Assembly: GCF_030684315.1 (NCBI RefSeq)
Contig: NC_081354.1
Location: forward strand, 133,153,314 to 133,217,313
DNA: 64,000 bases
Direction of reading: 5' to 3'
Origin: Stegostoma tigrinum
Taxonomy: Eukaryota
Positions 39,320-53,039 of the stretch are shown here, piece by piece (the stretch's first letter is position 1; each line of letters begins with the position of its first letter). A program made the position numbers and the translations under genes. Under the pieces are notes generated by a model, which did no database searches, was not told the DNA's origin, and saw only the letters and a list, made by a program, of their open reading frames with translations.

Positions 39320-41657
39320 AAATATAGAAAATAGGAGCAGGTATAGTGCATTTGGCTCCGTGACCCTGTTGCACCATTCAAAATTATTGTGGCTGATCTT
39401 CCAATTCAGTATACTGCTCCCACCTTCACCCTGTACCCTTTGATTCTTTTAGCCCAAGGCACAATATCTATTTCTTTTTGGCCTTCACCACTTTCTGTGG
39501 CAAAGAATTCTCCAGGCTCACTACTCTGGGTGAAGCAGTTTCTCATTTCAGTTCTAAATGGTTCTCAGTTCTTCATTTTCTGTATCCTTAGACACTTGGT
39601 TCTGGACTTCTCAGCCATCAAAACATCCTTCTTGTGTTTACATTGTATAGTCTGTTAGATATTGTAGATTTCCTGAGATCCCCTCCTCACTGCCAAACTC
39701 AGCAGCTCTGGAATTACACTGAAGAAAGTGGGTTAATGTTTCAAGTCTGGTATGACTTTTATGCAGAACTACTCTTAACTGATTCATATTCTGTTCATGA
39801 GTCAGTCTTGCTGTTCCCAGGAATCGGTCTGGAAAATCTTCATTTCACTTCCTCCACAATCAGAACATTCATCCTTTGATGAGGGGACCAAAACCACACG
39901 ATACATTGAGTGATTTAACCAAGTCACTGTACAATTGCTGCAAGCTATTTCTGCTCTTGTACTTGATCCTTATCACTGTGCAGGCCAACATATCCATTGC
40001 TGTCTTCACTGCAAGCTGCATCTGCATGCTTTTTTTTGTGCAAGGACGCCCAAGTCCTGTTGCACCCTCCCCCTTTCTGATCTGATTTTGCTGTAAGGTA
40101 GATAACCTTCCCTTTATCCATGTTGTACTGTGTCTACCATGCATTTGCTCACTTGCTCAATTTGTCTAAATCTCACTGAAGCATCCTTCTCACAGTTCAC
40201 TCTTCCACCAAGCTTTCTATGGTCTGAAAACTTGATATTACATTTCGTTCCCTCATCTGAATCGTTAATATTTATTGTAAATTGTTAGACCTCAAGCACA
40301 GAGCCTTCTGGTAACCCACTAGTCACTGACTGCCACTTGGAAAATGACCTGTTTATTCCTACTCTGTTTCCTGTCTGCTAGCGAGTTCTCTACCCATGTT
40401 AGTACACTACCCCCAGTCCCATGGACTTTATTCTTAAATGCTAATCTCTTACATTGGAAAGCCTTCTGTAAGTCCAGGTAAACCACATGCACTGGCTCCA
40501 CCTTAACAATGTTAGTTTCATTCTCAAAATATTCCAGTAGGTTTGTCAAAATTACTTTCCCTTTAGTAAATCCACGCTGACTGCCCAATCCTGTCACTGC
40601 TTTCCAAACACCGTCCGATTAAATCTTTTATAATGGACTCTTGCATTTTCATCACTACTAGTGTAAGCAATCTACAATTTGCCTGTTTCCTCTTTATCTC
40701 CGTTTTAAATAATAGTGATTGATTAGCTACCCTCTAATCCATTGGAACTGTTCCAGAACCTGTAGAATCTTGAAAGATGACCACAGCACACTATTGCAGC
40801 TATAATGAAGTAAAAGTATTGCATCTGCTTCACAGTCGTTTGATATTCTATTTGTAGGCCCTCTTAAATACTCTGGGATATAGATTATCATACCTTGGGG
40901 ATTTGGTGATTATAATCCCATGAAGTTTTTGTTCTTGTCTCTCTTACCTGTGTTCCCCACTGTATTTGGCATACTTTGTGTCCTCTTTTGTGAAGACCGA
41001 ATCAAATTTGTATTTAGTTGGTTTGCCATCTTTGTTTTCCAGTGTACCTGTTTTTGACTGTAAAGGATCTACGTTTGTCTTCAGTACTTTTTTTTTCTCT
41101 CCACATACTTAGAAGTTTTTTCTAGCAGTTTGTACGTTCCCTGCCAATAGAGCACACTTGTACTGAAGTCTAAACTGCTCCCAGTCCTCAGCTCTGCGGG
41201 GTTTTTGACCAGTTTGTATGTAGTTTCCTTGGGTATAATAGTAACCTTGTTAGCATAGTTCGGCTGGCTTTACTAATTTTGTACGAGACAGGAATGAACA
41301 ATTGTTGCAGATCATCTCAACTGTTTGCCATTGCCTATTCACCATCATACTTTTAAGTACATTCCTCAATATATCATAGCCAACTCATGACTCATACCTT
41401 TTGTAGTTTTCTTATTTAGATTCAGGACTGTTGTCTCAGAACTACCTATATGACTCTCGCTCTTAATGAAGAGTTCCATCATGTTATGGTCACCATTTCA
41501 CTAGGGGCCTTGTATAGTTAGGTTGATTCCTTAATGTACAAATCAGGAAAGCCATTTTGTACACGTTCCGGGAATTCCTCCTCTATGGTTATGGTTATGG
41601 TATTGCTATTGATTTGACTTGCCTAATTTATATGCGGATTAAAGTCACCCATAATTG
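39320..41657 (-). mobile_element. Decayed CR1-type LINE ORF2
   Basis: GSQRGFTKGKVILTNLLEYFE...VHVVYLDLQKAF on the minus strand, plus a 3' tail near 39320. Confidence 0.75.
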
Positions 41658-42009
41658 AAGCTATAAACAAGCCCAAGTATTGCACCTGCTTCACAGTCAT
41701 TTGACATTCTGTATATGGCTAACAGTCTCAAACTAGAACCCAGACTGAAAGGCACTGGCAGATAATGTGCAGTCATAAGAGTCATGCTAAGAGTTGTTGA
41801 ATAGTGGCTAGTTAAATAAACTTGAATAAATTCAGCTATTTATTCCATTTCTTTGGGCTAGCTTCTGGGTTGCTCTTAAATTCAAAGAGTGATCTTGTCT
41901 TTTAAGCCCTGGTTTCCAACGTGGAACGAAGAATCATACAGTACAGAAGAGGCCCTTTGACCCATTGAGTCTACACTATCAGTAAACTATTCTAAATCTA
42001 AAATAATAT

Positions 42010-42235
42010 AAAGAACAGATTCTGAAGATCTGAAATAAAAACAGAAATTGCTGCAGAAATTCAGTAAGCCTGACAACATCTGTAGGGAGAAAGCAAAGTT
42101 AATATTTTGAGTCCAGTGACCCTTTTTTAGAGCTGATAATAGCTAGGAAAAGTTGGTATTTCTGATGACAAGGAGTGAACGAGTTTAGTGGATGGTGGAA
42201 GGAGTGTACAGGTAGGTGGAGACAAAGTCTGTTAA
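42010..42235 (-). mobile_element. PLE tail (family B) with degenerate hammerhead
   Basis: aaagttaatattttgagtccagtgacccttttttagagctg is the antisense of the 500-540 type motif. Confidence 0.6.
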
Positions 42236-42535
42236 GCATTTATGAAAACATTTTTTCACAAATCCCCTCTAAACATCTTGTCTTTCACCTTTAAAATAAT
42301 CACCCCTTTGTTTTTAACCCTATCCACCTTGTTCTTGTTCCTCATATTTTTATACACGCAAAACTAATTAGAGATTAGAAACATAGAAGAGCTCCTAAGA
42401 CAACACTAGGTGTAGATGTAGAAAAACAAATATGCAGTGAAATTCAGCGTGCATAAATTTATAGGCATTTTGGGAGCCTTCCTGATTTATATTAGGATAT
42501 TAAATAGTGAGAAGTGCAGTAAGGGAGAAGAATTG

Positions 42536-42679
42536 CAAGCAAACAAAAACAGAAATTGCTGGAAAGGCTGAAGTCTAGCAACATGTGACCCTTCCTCAGA
42601 ACAGATGCTGCCAGAGCTGCTGAGCTTTTCCAGTAATTTCTCTTCTTATTTTTGATGTACAGCAGTTCTTTCCCTTTTT
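42536..42679 (+). mobile_element. Short PLE-tail insertion with 5' inversion and TSD
   Basis: Antisense tail including gtgacccttcctcagaac, then sense acagatgctgccagagctgctgagcttttccag. AAGAATTG occurs at 42528-42535 and 42680-42687. Confidence 0.7.
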
Positions 42680-44623
42680 AAGAATTGTGTGTGTATGTCG
42701 GGGGACTGCAGCTGTATGTTTCTGGTAAACAAAGAGACATTGTTGAATCTAATTCTTGAGATGGGGATCGTTATTCACAATTGAAACATGATCATTGAAT
42801 CAAAAGATTAAAGTTCCTTTGTAGAAAAGGAGCAGTACAAAGTGAAGATAATCGGGGAGAGAAATGGCCTAAGAATGGATCTGATTCTGGTCAATTGATT
42901 GAAGAATGGAAGATGAAATTGATATAGAATTATAAAATTTTACAGCACAGAAAGAGGTCATTTGACTCATCAAGTCTGGCTCCTGAAAGAGCAAAGAATG
43001 GTCCACCACCATTCACAACCTATGGATCAGTATGCTGCTTTTGGGAGAAATTGGATTGGATGTAGTTGAGAAATGTTCTCGTGAGAAAAAGGTAGGACAA
43101 ACAACACCAGAACTCCTGGATAACAAGACAGGTGATATGAAAAGAGGTACATAGACAAATGCCAGGTTGACCCGAAAATTGGGTTGAAACTTGAAAGAAG
43201 TAGTTTTGCAAAAAAAAAGTCATGAAGCAAGAGTACGAGAAGGGACTAGCAGCTAACGTGAAAGGAATTAGAATCCCTTACCAACTGAAAAAGAACAAGT
43301 AAGACTGATTTAATGACTGGAAAGGGAGATTGAAGGTTGTCCACCTTGACATAGAAAGTAGCAAAGCAGAATATTATTTAAATGGAGAGAGAGTTCAGAA
43401 TGCTCTAGTATACATGCATCTTAGTGCCACATACATGTGTCACAACAAGTTAGGTACAGCATATAGGCACTGCAAGTGACAGGGAGGACAAATCGAATGG
43501 GGGTGTGAAGTAGAAAGGTATGGAAATTATGCTACAGCTATTCAGGGTATTGGTGAGACTTCACTTAAATATTTTATATCATTCTGATTATTATTCAAGG
43601 AGCAATGCATATACATTGGAAGCATTCGGAGAAAGTTTACTGGGTTGATTCCTGTGAATGATTCCTGTAATGCAGTCGTCTTCTCAAGGAAGAATAATGA
43701 GAAAATCTTACTGAAACAATGGATTCTAAGGGGACTTGAGTGGGTGGCTGCTGGAAGGATGTTTCCTCCTGTCGGAGATACTAGAGTTAGTTGATACAAT
43801 TTGAAAACAAGGGGTCTTTCACTTAATATAAAGATGAGGAGGAATTCCTTTTTGGGGGTCTTTAGTCTTTCGGATTCTCTTTCACAGTAATGAAGATTGG
43901 GTCATTGAATATATTCAAGCTGGGTTTGATTTTTGATTAATGAGGACATCTAGGTTTAGCTGCATGCATGAGCTGGTGTTAAAGTTGCAGTTTGATTTGG
44001 GCATGACCTATTGTAGGTCAAATTGCATACCTTGCCTGTTTCTCATGACTGCTGTAGGAATTCCTTGGGATCGAGTTGGAAGTTCAAATGTTGGTGTTTC
44101 ACAATGGCCTTGCCTCCATAAGATCAGAAGTGGGGATGTTTGCTGAGGATGGATAGTAGTATTCAGTACAATTTTTTTCAGATATTAAAGTGGCACTTGG
44201 GTGCATGCAACAATATTTGGGCAGTGTTCAAAAATGGACTATGTGGCATAAATGTAGAGTCCCAGCCAATGACCATAGCTGACAGGAGAGAATCTATTCC
44301 TCTTTCGCTTATATCACCATGCTGAATTCTTGCAGCCCCCCCAAAAGTTGCACATAGCTGTGACTTAGAAGTATATTACAGGCACTGCAGTGTTGCTGAA
44401 TTAAAATCCTTCCTTTGTTGCAACACTTATGAGCCACCTGGGCTGCAGTAATTCATAAAGGAAATTCTTCACTGTTTTGAAGTTAGCTCGGGATGGGCAA
44501 TAAATGAATATTTAAAAACCTATAACTTTGTGATGAAGAGCATTATTCTTTATTTGTAAATAATTGTCTCTGTAAATGTTTGTTAAATTTCAGAACTAGT
44601 GGTGTGTCTCTAAACCCAAATGA

Positions 44624-45043
<420 letters not shown>

Positions 45044-45719
45044 TAACATCAAAAAATAAAATGATCAATTTTCATGCTAATGGTTAGGTTTTGTGTGCAA
45101 AGAATGTCTTAGTGGTTTTGGTAATAAAGCACCTGAATATTGCTCAACAAAGATGTGTTTCATTGAAATCTTTTGTCCTTCTTTCATCAGGATAGTTCAT
45201 CAGGATAATTTGGTATTTCTTGTAAATTGTCCAGGCAAGATTGAGACAAAAATCTTCGACAAAATGTCTTTTTGCAGCAATACTTAAATATTTGTGAATT
45301 AGATGACACGAGGTTATAGCGCAACAGGTTTATATGAAGTGACAAGCTTTCAGAGCATTGCCCGTTCATCGGGTGAATGAATCAGTAAGATGAAGGCTGG
45401 TCTGGTTGTCGTCTGAACTCCAATTTCTAGCACACGTTTCATGACATGTGATTTCCTTGCCTATCAAAAATCTAAATCCACCTTGAATAGATTCACCTAC
45501 CTACCTTCACTGTTTTCTCAATGTCATAATCTAATGATCCTTTGAGAGGAAAGAACACTTCTTGAAATTGAGACCTTTTGTTCTAATCTTCGTCTACAAG
45601 GGGCAACATTCTCTCAATATACACCTTTGCTAGCAGTCTTCAGGGTCTTGTATGGATCAATTTAACATTCTTTTAAACTTCATTAGGTAAATGCCAAGCT
45701 GTTCAACCTCATAGTCGGG

Positions 45720-47322
45720 ATAAGAACATAGTAACAGGAGTGGACCATTCAGCCCCTCGAGCCTGCTCCACCATTCAATAAGATCATGACTGAACTGTGG
45801 CCTAACTCCATATCTTTGGCCCAAACCTATTAATACCTTTTGTTTATCAAAAACTTACCTCAGAATTAAAATGAGCAATTGATCCAGTTGACATTGTCAT
45901 TTGGGAAGAATGTTCCAAACATCTGCCACCTTCTGTGTATGGAAGTGTTTCCTGACATCCCTCGTGAATGGTCTGGTCATAATTCTCAGACGATGTCCCC
46001 TAGTTGTAGAATCCCCATCCTATCTACCTGTTTTTATTACTAATGTTTTGAAGACTTTGATCAGATCAGCCCCTATCATAAAAACATCGAAAATAGGTAC
46101 AAGAGTATGCTATTTGGCCCTTCAAGTTTGCACTACCATTCAATATGATCATGGCTGATAATGCAATTTGAGTATCCCACTCCTCTTACTCTCCATACCC
46201 AACTATTCCTTTAGCTGCAAGGACCTCATCCAGCTCCCTCTTGAATATGTCTTAACGAACTGGCCCCAACAGCTTTCCATAGGCTCACAAACCTTGAAGA
46301 AATTCTTCCTCATCTCAGTCCTGAATGGCTGATCTCTTATTCGTAGACTGTGGCCCCAGTTTTAGACTTCCCCCAATATTGGGAACATTTTTCCTGCATC
46401 TAGCCTGTACAGTCCCATCGGGATTTTGATTGTATGAGATATACACAAGTTCGCGCTCGCACTCACACTCTCACACCACACATCACACACTCTCACACTC
46501 ACACACACGCTCACCACACTCTCGCTCATGCTTGCTCCCCATGTACATGCGCTCACCACACTTCATCTTGATATGACTGCCAGCATGCCAGTGGCTTTCC
46601 TCACTGCCTGCTGCACCTGCATGCCAACTTTCAGTGACTGTTCCACAATGACACCCAGGCCTCATTGCCCCTCACTTTCTCCTAAACTACCACCATTCGG
46701 AGAACAGTCTCCTTTCCGTTTTTGTCACCAAAGTGGATAAGCTTGCATTTATACACGTATTGCATTTGCAAAATATTTGTCCCCTCAGCCAGCCTGTCCA
46801 AGTCACCCAACAGCCTCCTAGGATCCTTCTCACAGCACACACTGCTACCCAGCTTAGTAACGCGTAGATTTGGAGATACTGCTTTCAGTTCCTTTTGTCC
46901 AAATTGTTAATGTATTGTAAACAGCTGGGCCCCAGCGCTGAACCCACTGGCACCCCACTCATCACTGTCTGCTATTTTCAAAACTATCTATTTATTCCAA
47001 CTCTCTGCTTCTTGTCTGCCAACCAGTTCTTTATACATGTTAATACGTTACCTGGGATACCATGAGCTTTAATTTTGCTTATGAATCTCTTTTTTGTGGA
47101 ACTTTGTCAAAAGCCCTTTGAAAGTCCAGTAGACAGCATCTATTGATTTACCCTTAAGCACTCTGCTGGTCAAAAAAAAATTTCCAGAAGATTTGTCATA
47201 CATGAGTTCTCTTTAGTGAATCCATGCTGACTTGGACAAATCCTGTCAGACTTTCCGAATGCTGAGCTATTACATCCTTAATTTTTCCACCACCAGTATC
47301 AGGCTAACCAGTCTATAATTCC
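45720..47322 (-). mobile_element. Stacked decayed CR1-type LINE 3' fragments with a CA-rich simple repeat (~46440-46560)
   Basis: Two CR1 tails (taagaacatag.., aaaataggtacaagag..) and antisense RT remnants. Confidence 0.65.
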
Positions 47323-47332
47323 AAATGGATTT

Positions 47333-47364
47333 CTGAAGAAGGGTCAGGCTCCGAAACGTCAGCC
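47333..47364 (+). ncRNA. Minimal hammerhead motif in a short PLE tail (47325-47423), sense to VCP
   Basis: CTGAAGA-A-GGG-TCAGGC-TCC-GAAAC-GTC-AGCC: all core nucleotides present; helices I and II weak. Confidence 0.6.
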
Positions 47365-49274
47365 TTCCTGCTCCTCTGCTGCTTCGCCTGCTGTGCTCAT
47401 CCAGCTCTACACCTTGTTATCTCTTGTTCTAGAAACTCTCCATTTACTCATTATTTAGGTCACCTTTTCCAATGTAGTTCATGCAGTCTGCACGTGGAAT
47501 AAAGTCACTCATGATTCTTGCAGTTCGTTTTCTTTCTTACCCAATTTATTCCTGTCTGAGGACCTATGGACTAATCTCAAGTGACTTTTTACTTTTCTAT
47601 TTCTTATTTCTTCTCCCCCATCCGATTCTATGTATTGCATTTTGAACTAAGGTCATTTCTCACCACTGTACTAATGATAATGTTAATTGATAAGCTGTCT
47701 CACCTATCCTAGCTTCCTCTCTTTTTGAAATATCAAATCTCCCTCAGTATTAAGGACCAACTTGTGCTATCAGGTTATATCAGTGTTTATTTTAACTGCC
47801 CTAAAAATTCACCTGTTTTGTTATGAATGCTGCATTTCTGAGATGCAGAACCTTGAATTCTGTTGTTATTATCACTTTTGCTAGCTCTGACCTTATCTGC
47901 TGTTGCACTGTTAAATTTGTGTTATCTGTCTCATCCTTTCCTGTATCATTGCCTAAATTACAATGCAATTCTTTCATCTTGTTTCTCTTTGATGTATCAC
48001 ACTTTCTTTTATAAGATCAGTGTCTCTAACTTGTAGTTCTTAAAGCACTTCCTACTACCCTAGTTGAAGAGTTCACAAGTTCACTGGCCCCAACACCGAT
48101 AAAGACTTATCCAATCGTAGAGAGCTTCTGTTTTCCCAGTACTGATGTCAATGCTTTGACTTGAAATACATTTCTCTGTTTTTCTGGTCGTGCATTTATC
48201 TCTCTGAGCTTACTTATCCTATGCCCAATTGCTCGTGGCACAGGTGACTATCCAGAACAATTGCCTTTTTAAGATGTTGCTTTCTAAGTTACCCATAGCT
48301 GCTTAGATTACTTTAGCAGAATTTCTTCCTTAATCGTTGTACAATTGCAGTTTTCTAGTTGAGATATAAGAAATACTCAGCAGCCCAATAAGCTTTACTG
48401 CTATTAGTCAACCTTCTATCAACAAGTTACATTTACTAAGATTACCCAAGTTTCAAAACATAAATGAGAAAAACACTCACCAATGAATCAGCTACCTGTT
48501 TTCCTGTATGATGTCAGAGAGTGATCAGTCCTCTTTGAAACCAGACTGACTGGTTTGGGATGCCCCTCTTGCCTGCTTCTCTAGGTACTATTGACCATTT
48601 TTTTTGTCTCCTGCTCCCTTCACTAACTGTTTGGCCAACCAATATATGAGCAGTTTGGCATAACTTCTCTCCTTTTCAGTTCAGTCCTTCTACAAATAAG
48701 CCTGAGTACTTGGTTTGCACATTTTTCTAATCTCCTAACCAACTTCCTTGCCAATGATTTGATTTTGTCCTCCCAGACTCCGGACTTCTGAACTAAAATG
48801 TAAGACCTCCTGTGTATTTCAGTAGATATTTATGAACCTGGATTTCATTTTTTTTTAAAAGCAGCTGTTATGTGATTTTTGACACTTGCCCTTGCCAACC
48901 AGCAATCCTATTTGTAGCACATGGAATTCAACCTTTTAATAGTTCATCTGCTTTCAGGCTATCCTCAGATAGTTGAATCAGATGTGAGGAAGCTATGAGC
49001 TTATGATAGTCATCTTTAGGATAGGTTTATTCACATTTCGTTATTCTGAAGTGCATTCTGTTGAACCTTTAGCTTATTAACTTGCAAGTGTTAACTTAAA
49101 ACTGAACTGTAAGGATTATTTTTCAAGATGCTCGCTGATTTGTAAGAGGTTCGTCTTTATTTGGGGATCTAAGTTGTGTGTTCAGTCACCTAACTGTATC
49201 ATTATCATTGAATATTGTTTGTATTCATGAGAATTTTGTTCATGATGTAATGTTCCATGAATGTCACTTTGTAG

Positions 49275-49472
<198 letters not shown>

Positions 49473-49551
49473 TAAATGTCTGTTTTTGTTTATTCTAAAC
49501 CTATTAAGATTTGTCTTTAATGAGGCTTATTAAAATACATGATGGCTTTAA

Positions 49552-49824
<273 letters not shown>

Positions 49825-50109
49825 TGACGGTCATGACAGAAATAGTCTTGTATACTGATTTGCTTCTGACGAACAAATAACTTCAGTTTCCTTTGTCTCT
49901 TTGTGAAACTTCTTGGATCTAAATTTCGTGTTTCTTCCTTGCATTCAATGTTTGTGACTCTGTTTACACTGTACTTTAGAGATTCCTTCATGCAGATTGT
50001 GAGCCAATCAACTGCATAATAAATAGGTCCCAGCTGCTGCTTGAATCTCAGCCACGAGCTTAGTAAAAGACAGGACAGACTCGAAAGGCATAGTGACAAA
50101 CAAATTAGA

Positions 50110-50425
50110 ATCTTTGGTTGTTTGGCTCACTGAGCTGGTTCGTCGGTTTTCTGCAGATGTTTCATTCATCTGGTAGGTAACATAGTCAATGCAGCCTCCG
50201 ATGAAGCACCAATGTGTTTTTCTGCCTGTTATTTAAACTTTGGAGGCCATTAAGCTGGATTACCTCACCTCTGGTTTTCCTTTGCGGTGAAGTGTATATG
50301 GGATCGAGTTCTGTGTTTGTTGATGGCTTTCTTCATGGAGTAACAGGCTTCTAGGAATTCCTGTGCTTGTCTGTGCTTTGCTTGTCCCAGGATCTTGGTG
50401 TTGTCCCAGTCGAGTTGGTGGTTTA
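50110..50425 (-). mobile_element. Penelope-like element 3' fragment of a different lineage
   Basis: Minus-strand translation NHQLDWDNTKILGQAKHRQAQEFLEACYSMKKAINKH/ELDPIY (end of a GIY-YIG domain), followed by a decayed hammerhead at 50151-50194. Confidence 0.75.
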
Positions 50426-52853
50426 AACAGTACGAATCGCAAGTGGATTGCCTTACGTGGAAAGGCTGTACTGTTTAGTCTTGAATTTTCTGGACTTCAG
50501 AACTATCGGAGGTGACTTAATTAAAATATGCCAGGGATCCCTGATTTATGAACATTGAACATATGAACTCAGTCTCATACGTGGTTGTAATTTTAAAGAT
50601 CTGACATAAGAACATTTCCTGTAAAGGAGCTGGTCCTAAGTACGTTATCCTGCATTCCAACTTGCATACAAATTGATTTGTGAACTGACTACAGAACGGA
50701 ACATTCGCAGCCCAGAGACTGCCTGCCTGTATAAGATCCTGAAAGGACTGATCGAATAGAAGTTGAAAGGATGTTTCCTTTTGTGGGAGAACCTAGGACT
50801 AGGAGTTATAAATTTTAAAAATAACAGGGAGTCCATTTAAAACAGATGAGGGCACTGTTTTTTGAGTGTTGTGTGTTAGGAATTCCCTTCCTGAAAAGAT
50901 GCTGGAAGTAGAATCTTTAGATAACTTTAAGATAACATAGACTTTTGATGGCCAAGGCAATGAAAGATTATCAGGGGTTTACAGATTGTAGAGTTAAGAT
51001 TAGAATCGGTTTAGTTTAGCCACCATCTTATTGAATGGCAGAGCAGGCTTGATGGGCCACGTGGTCTGCACTTACTTGTATCTCCTTGAAACGTTTCTTT
51101 CAAAAAAAACTAAATCCATTTGATCTCAGTTATAGAAGCTTAGTTGTAGTGTGATCCAGGTTAGGAACTAAATATCGAGAATTATTTACTTTTGAATGGG
51201 GAAAAGGAAGAAGTTATAATATTAAGGGGTGGTCTAAAAACAGCACCCAGTGATCTTGGTTTGGAAAATTAGGATGCAGTTTGGCTGGAGATCAGATCAC
51301 AAATCTGTGCTGTATTATTTTGAAAAATGGAGACAAAATGTAGATTTAGAAGAACATGAAGCTGCCTCTTGCAGTTAGTTTGTTGTGATCCACCTTTCAT
51401 GACATGATGTGGTAGGATTTGAATGCCTTTACCTGATTTTATTAGTTGTGGGATTGCTTGTCTTAGTCTGTTGCAAGATTAACATGGTTGATTTTTATAG
51501 CTGCTTCATTTTTGGGTATCTCTTGACACTTCCTGGCATATTTCAATGCACTCCTCATCAAACTCCTGGCTTGATCATGATCAATTTGAGTGTTACGAGG
51601 TCACTGGTGATAAAGCAGAATGATGCTGTTGATGACCGCCCTAAATTATGAATTCCCAGTTTTGATTTATTTGATCTGTTCCGAATCATTGTGATGCCAA
51701 AACTTTTGACTTAATGCATTGGGACTTGGTGTCCACCTTCATGGTTGGGGTGAGTTTAGAGGTAGTGGGCTAGTAGTAATGTCACTGCACTAGCAATCCA
51801 GTCACAGATGGGGATGTGAATTTGATGTTCACCATGACAGATGGTAAATTTGTTGACCCTATGTCAAAACATTAAGTCTGGATTCAGTTCACAACTGGTG
51901 AAGTTTTCCAGCAGTTTGCTTTTTTATTTGTTGCATGATCACAGTTAGCTTTTAAATCTGGATTTTTACAGAAGTCAAATTTCACAACCTGTCATAATGG
52001 GATTCCAATGCACATCGTAGAACCATTGGTCTGAGACAGAATTTCCAGAAGTAGGGTCATCGACCTGTTGATTTTTCCAGCAATTTCTGCCGTTGCTTCA
52101 GATTTCTAACATCTGCAGTTCTTTGTTTTATTTTTGTGATAATGTCATCATTATCCATTGGTGAACGAGAGGTATTTACAAAAATGCTCTTTATGGAACA
52201 TAATTTGTAATCCTTATCTGGAGTGGCCTATGTGTGACTCCAGACTGCAGGAATGCCCTTAGCTGTCCTCTGAATTAGCCTTCGCAGGCCATTCAGGAAA
52301 TGGCTATTGAAGATGGGCAGCAAATGCTAGTCTTGCCAGTGATACAATCCCCAAAAATGAATTACAGATGATTTTGCTATAATGCATGTTTCGTTAACAC
52401 AAATTGACTGTAGTGCAACTGATGAACAGTGGATGCTGTTTGAAATGCAACTTTCTGCTGTTCAGTATAGCAATTTCCCTGTGATGTGATTTCCTGTGAC
52501 ACAAGGTCACACAAGAAAACAACTAGCACTGTTATAGGAGATCTACCTGTAAGTAAAATGCTAAGTAAATGAAATGAAGTGCATTTAGTAAGAACGTTTA
52601 CCACTGCATCATCAGATCTAATGAATCTGTCCTGCTGTTGGGATCTTTTGGGGATTGCAGTGTAATCAGAAGAGGGACTTGACAGGATTGTTGCTGAGAG
52701 GAGTTTTTCCGACTGGGTGGCTGAGATGTCGGGGTTCCGATAACAAATCAGTGAAATGTGCTGGGTGCCAATGCATAAGTTGAGCCAAAGGTGCCAGGAA
52801 TATCTTCAACATCGAATGGTTACAGTACAGAAAGGAGAGCAACTTGTCTACTG

Positions 52854-52854
<1 letters not shown>

Positions 52855-52888
<34 letters not shown>
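52855..52888. repeat. (CA)17 microsatellite
   Basis: 34 nt perfect CA run. Confidence 0.95.
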
Positions 52889-52889
<1 letters not shown>

Positions 52890-53039
52890 TTCCAGGCTCT
52901 GTTCCTCTACAGCCCTTCAAATTTTTGTTGTCTTGACCTTTTTCAGTTCAGTTATTTATCTAATTCCCAGATGCCAGAATTGAATCTGCCTAAACCGCAC
53001 ACATCTTGAAGCTGTGCATTTCATATCTTAACCCACTTA

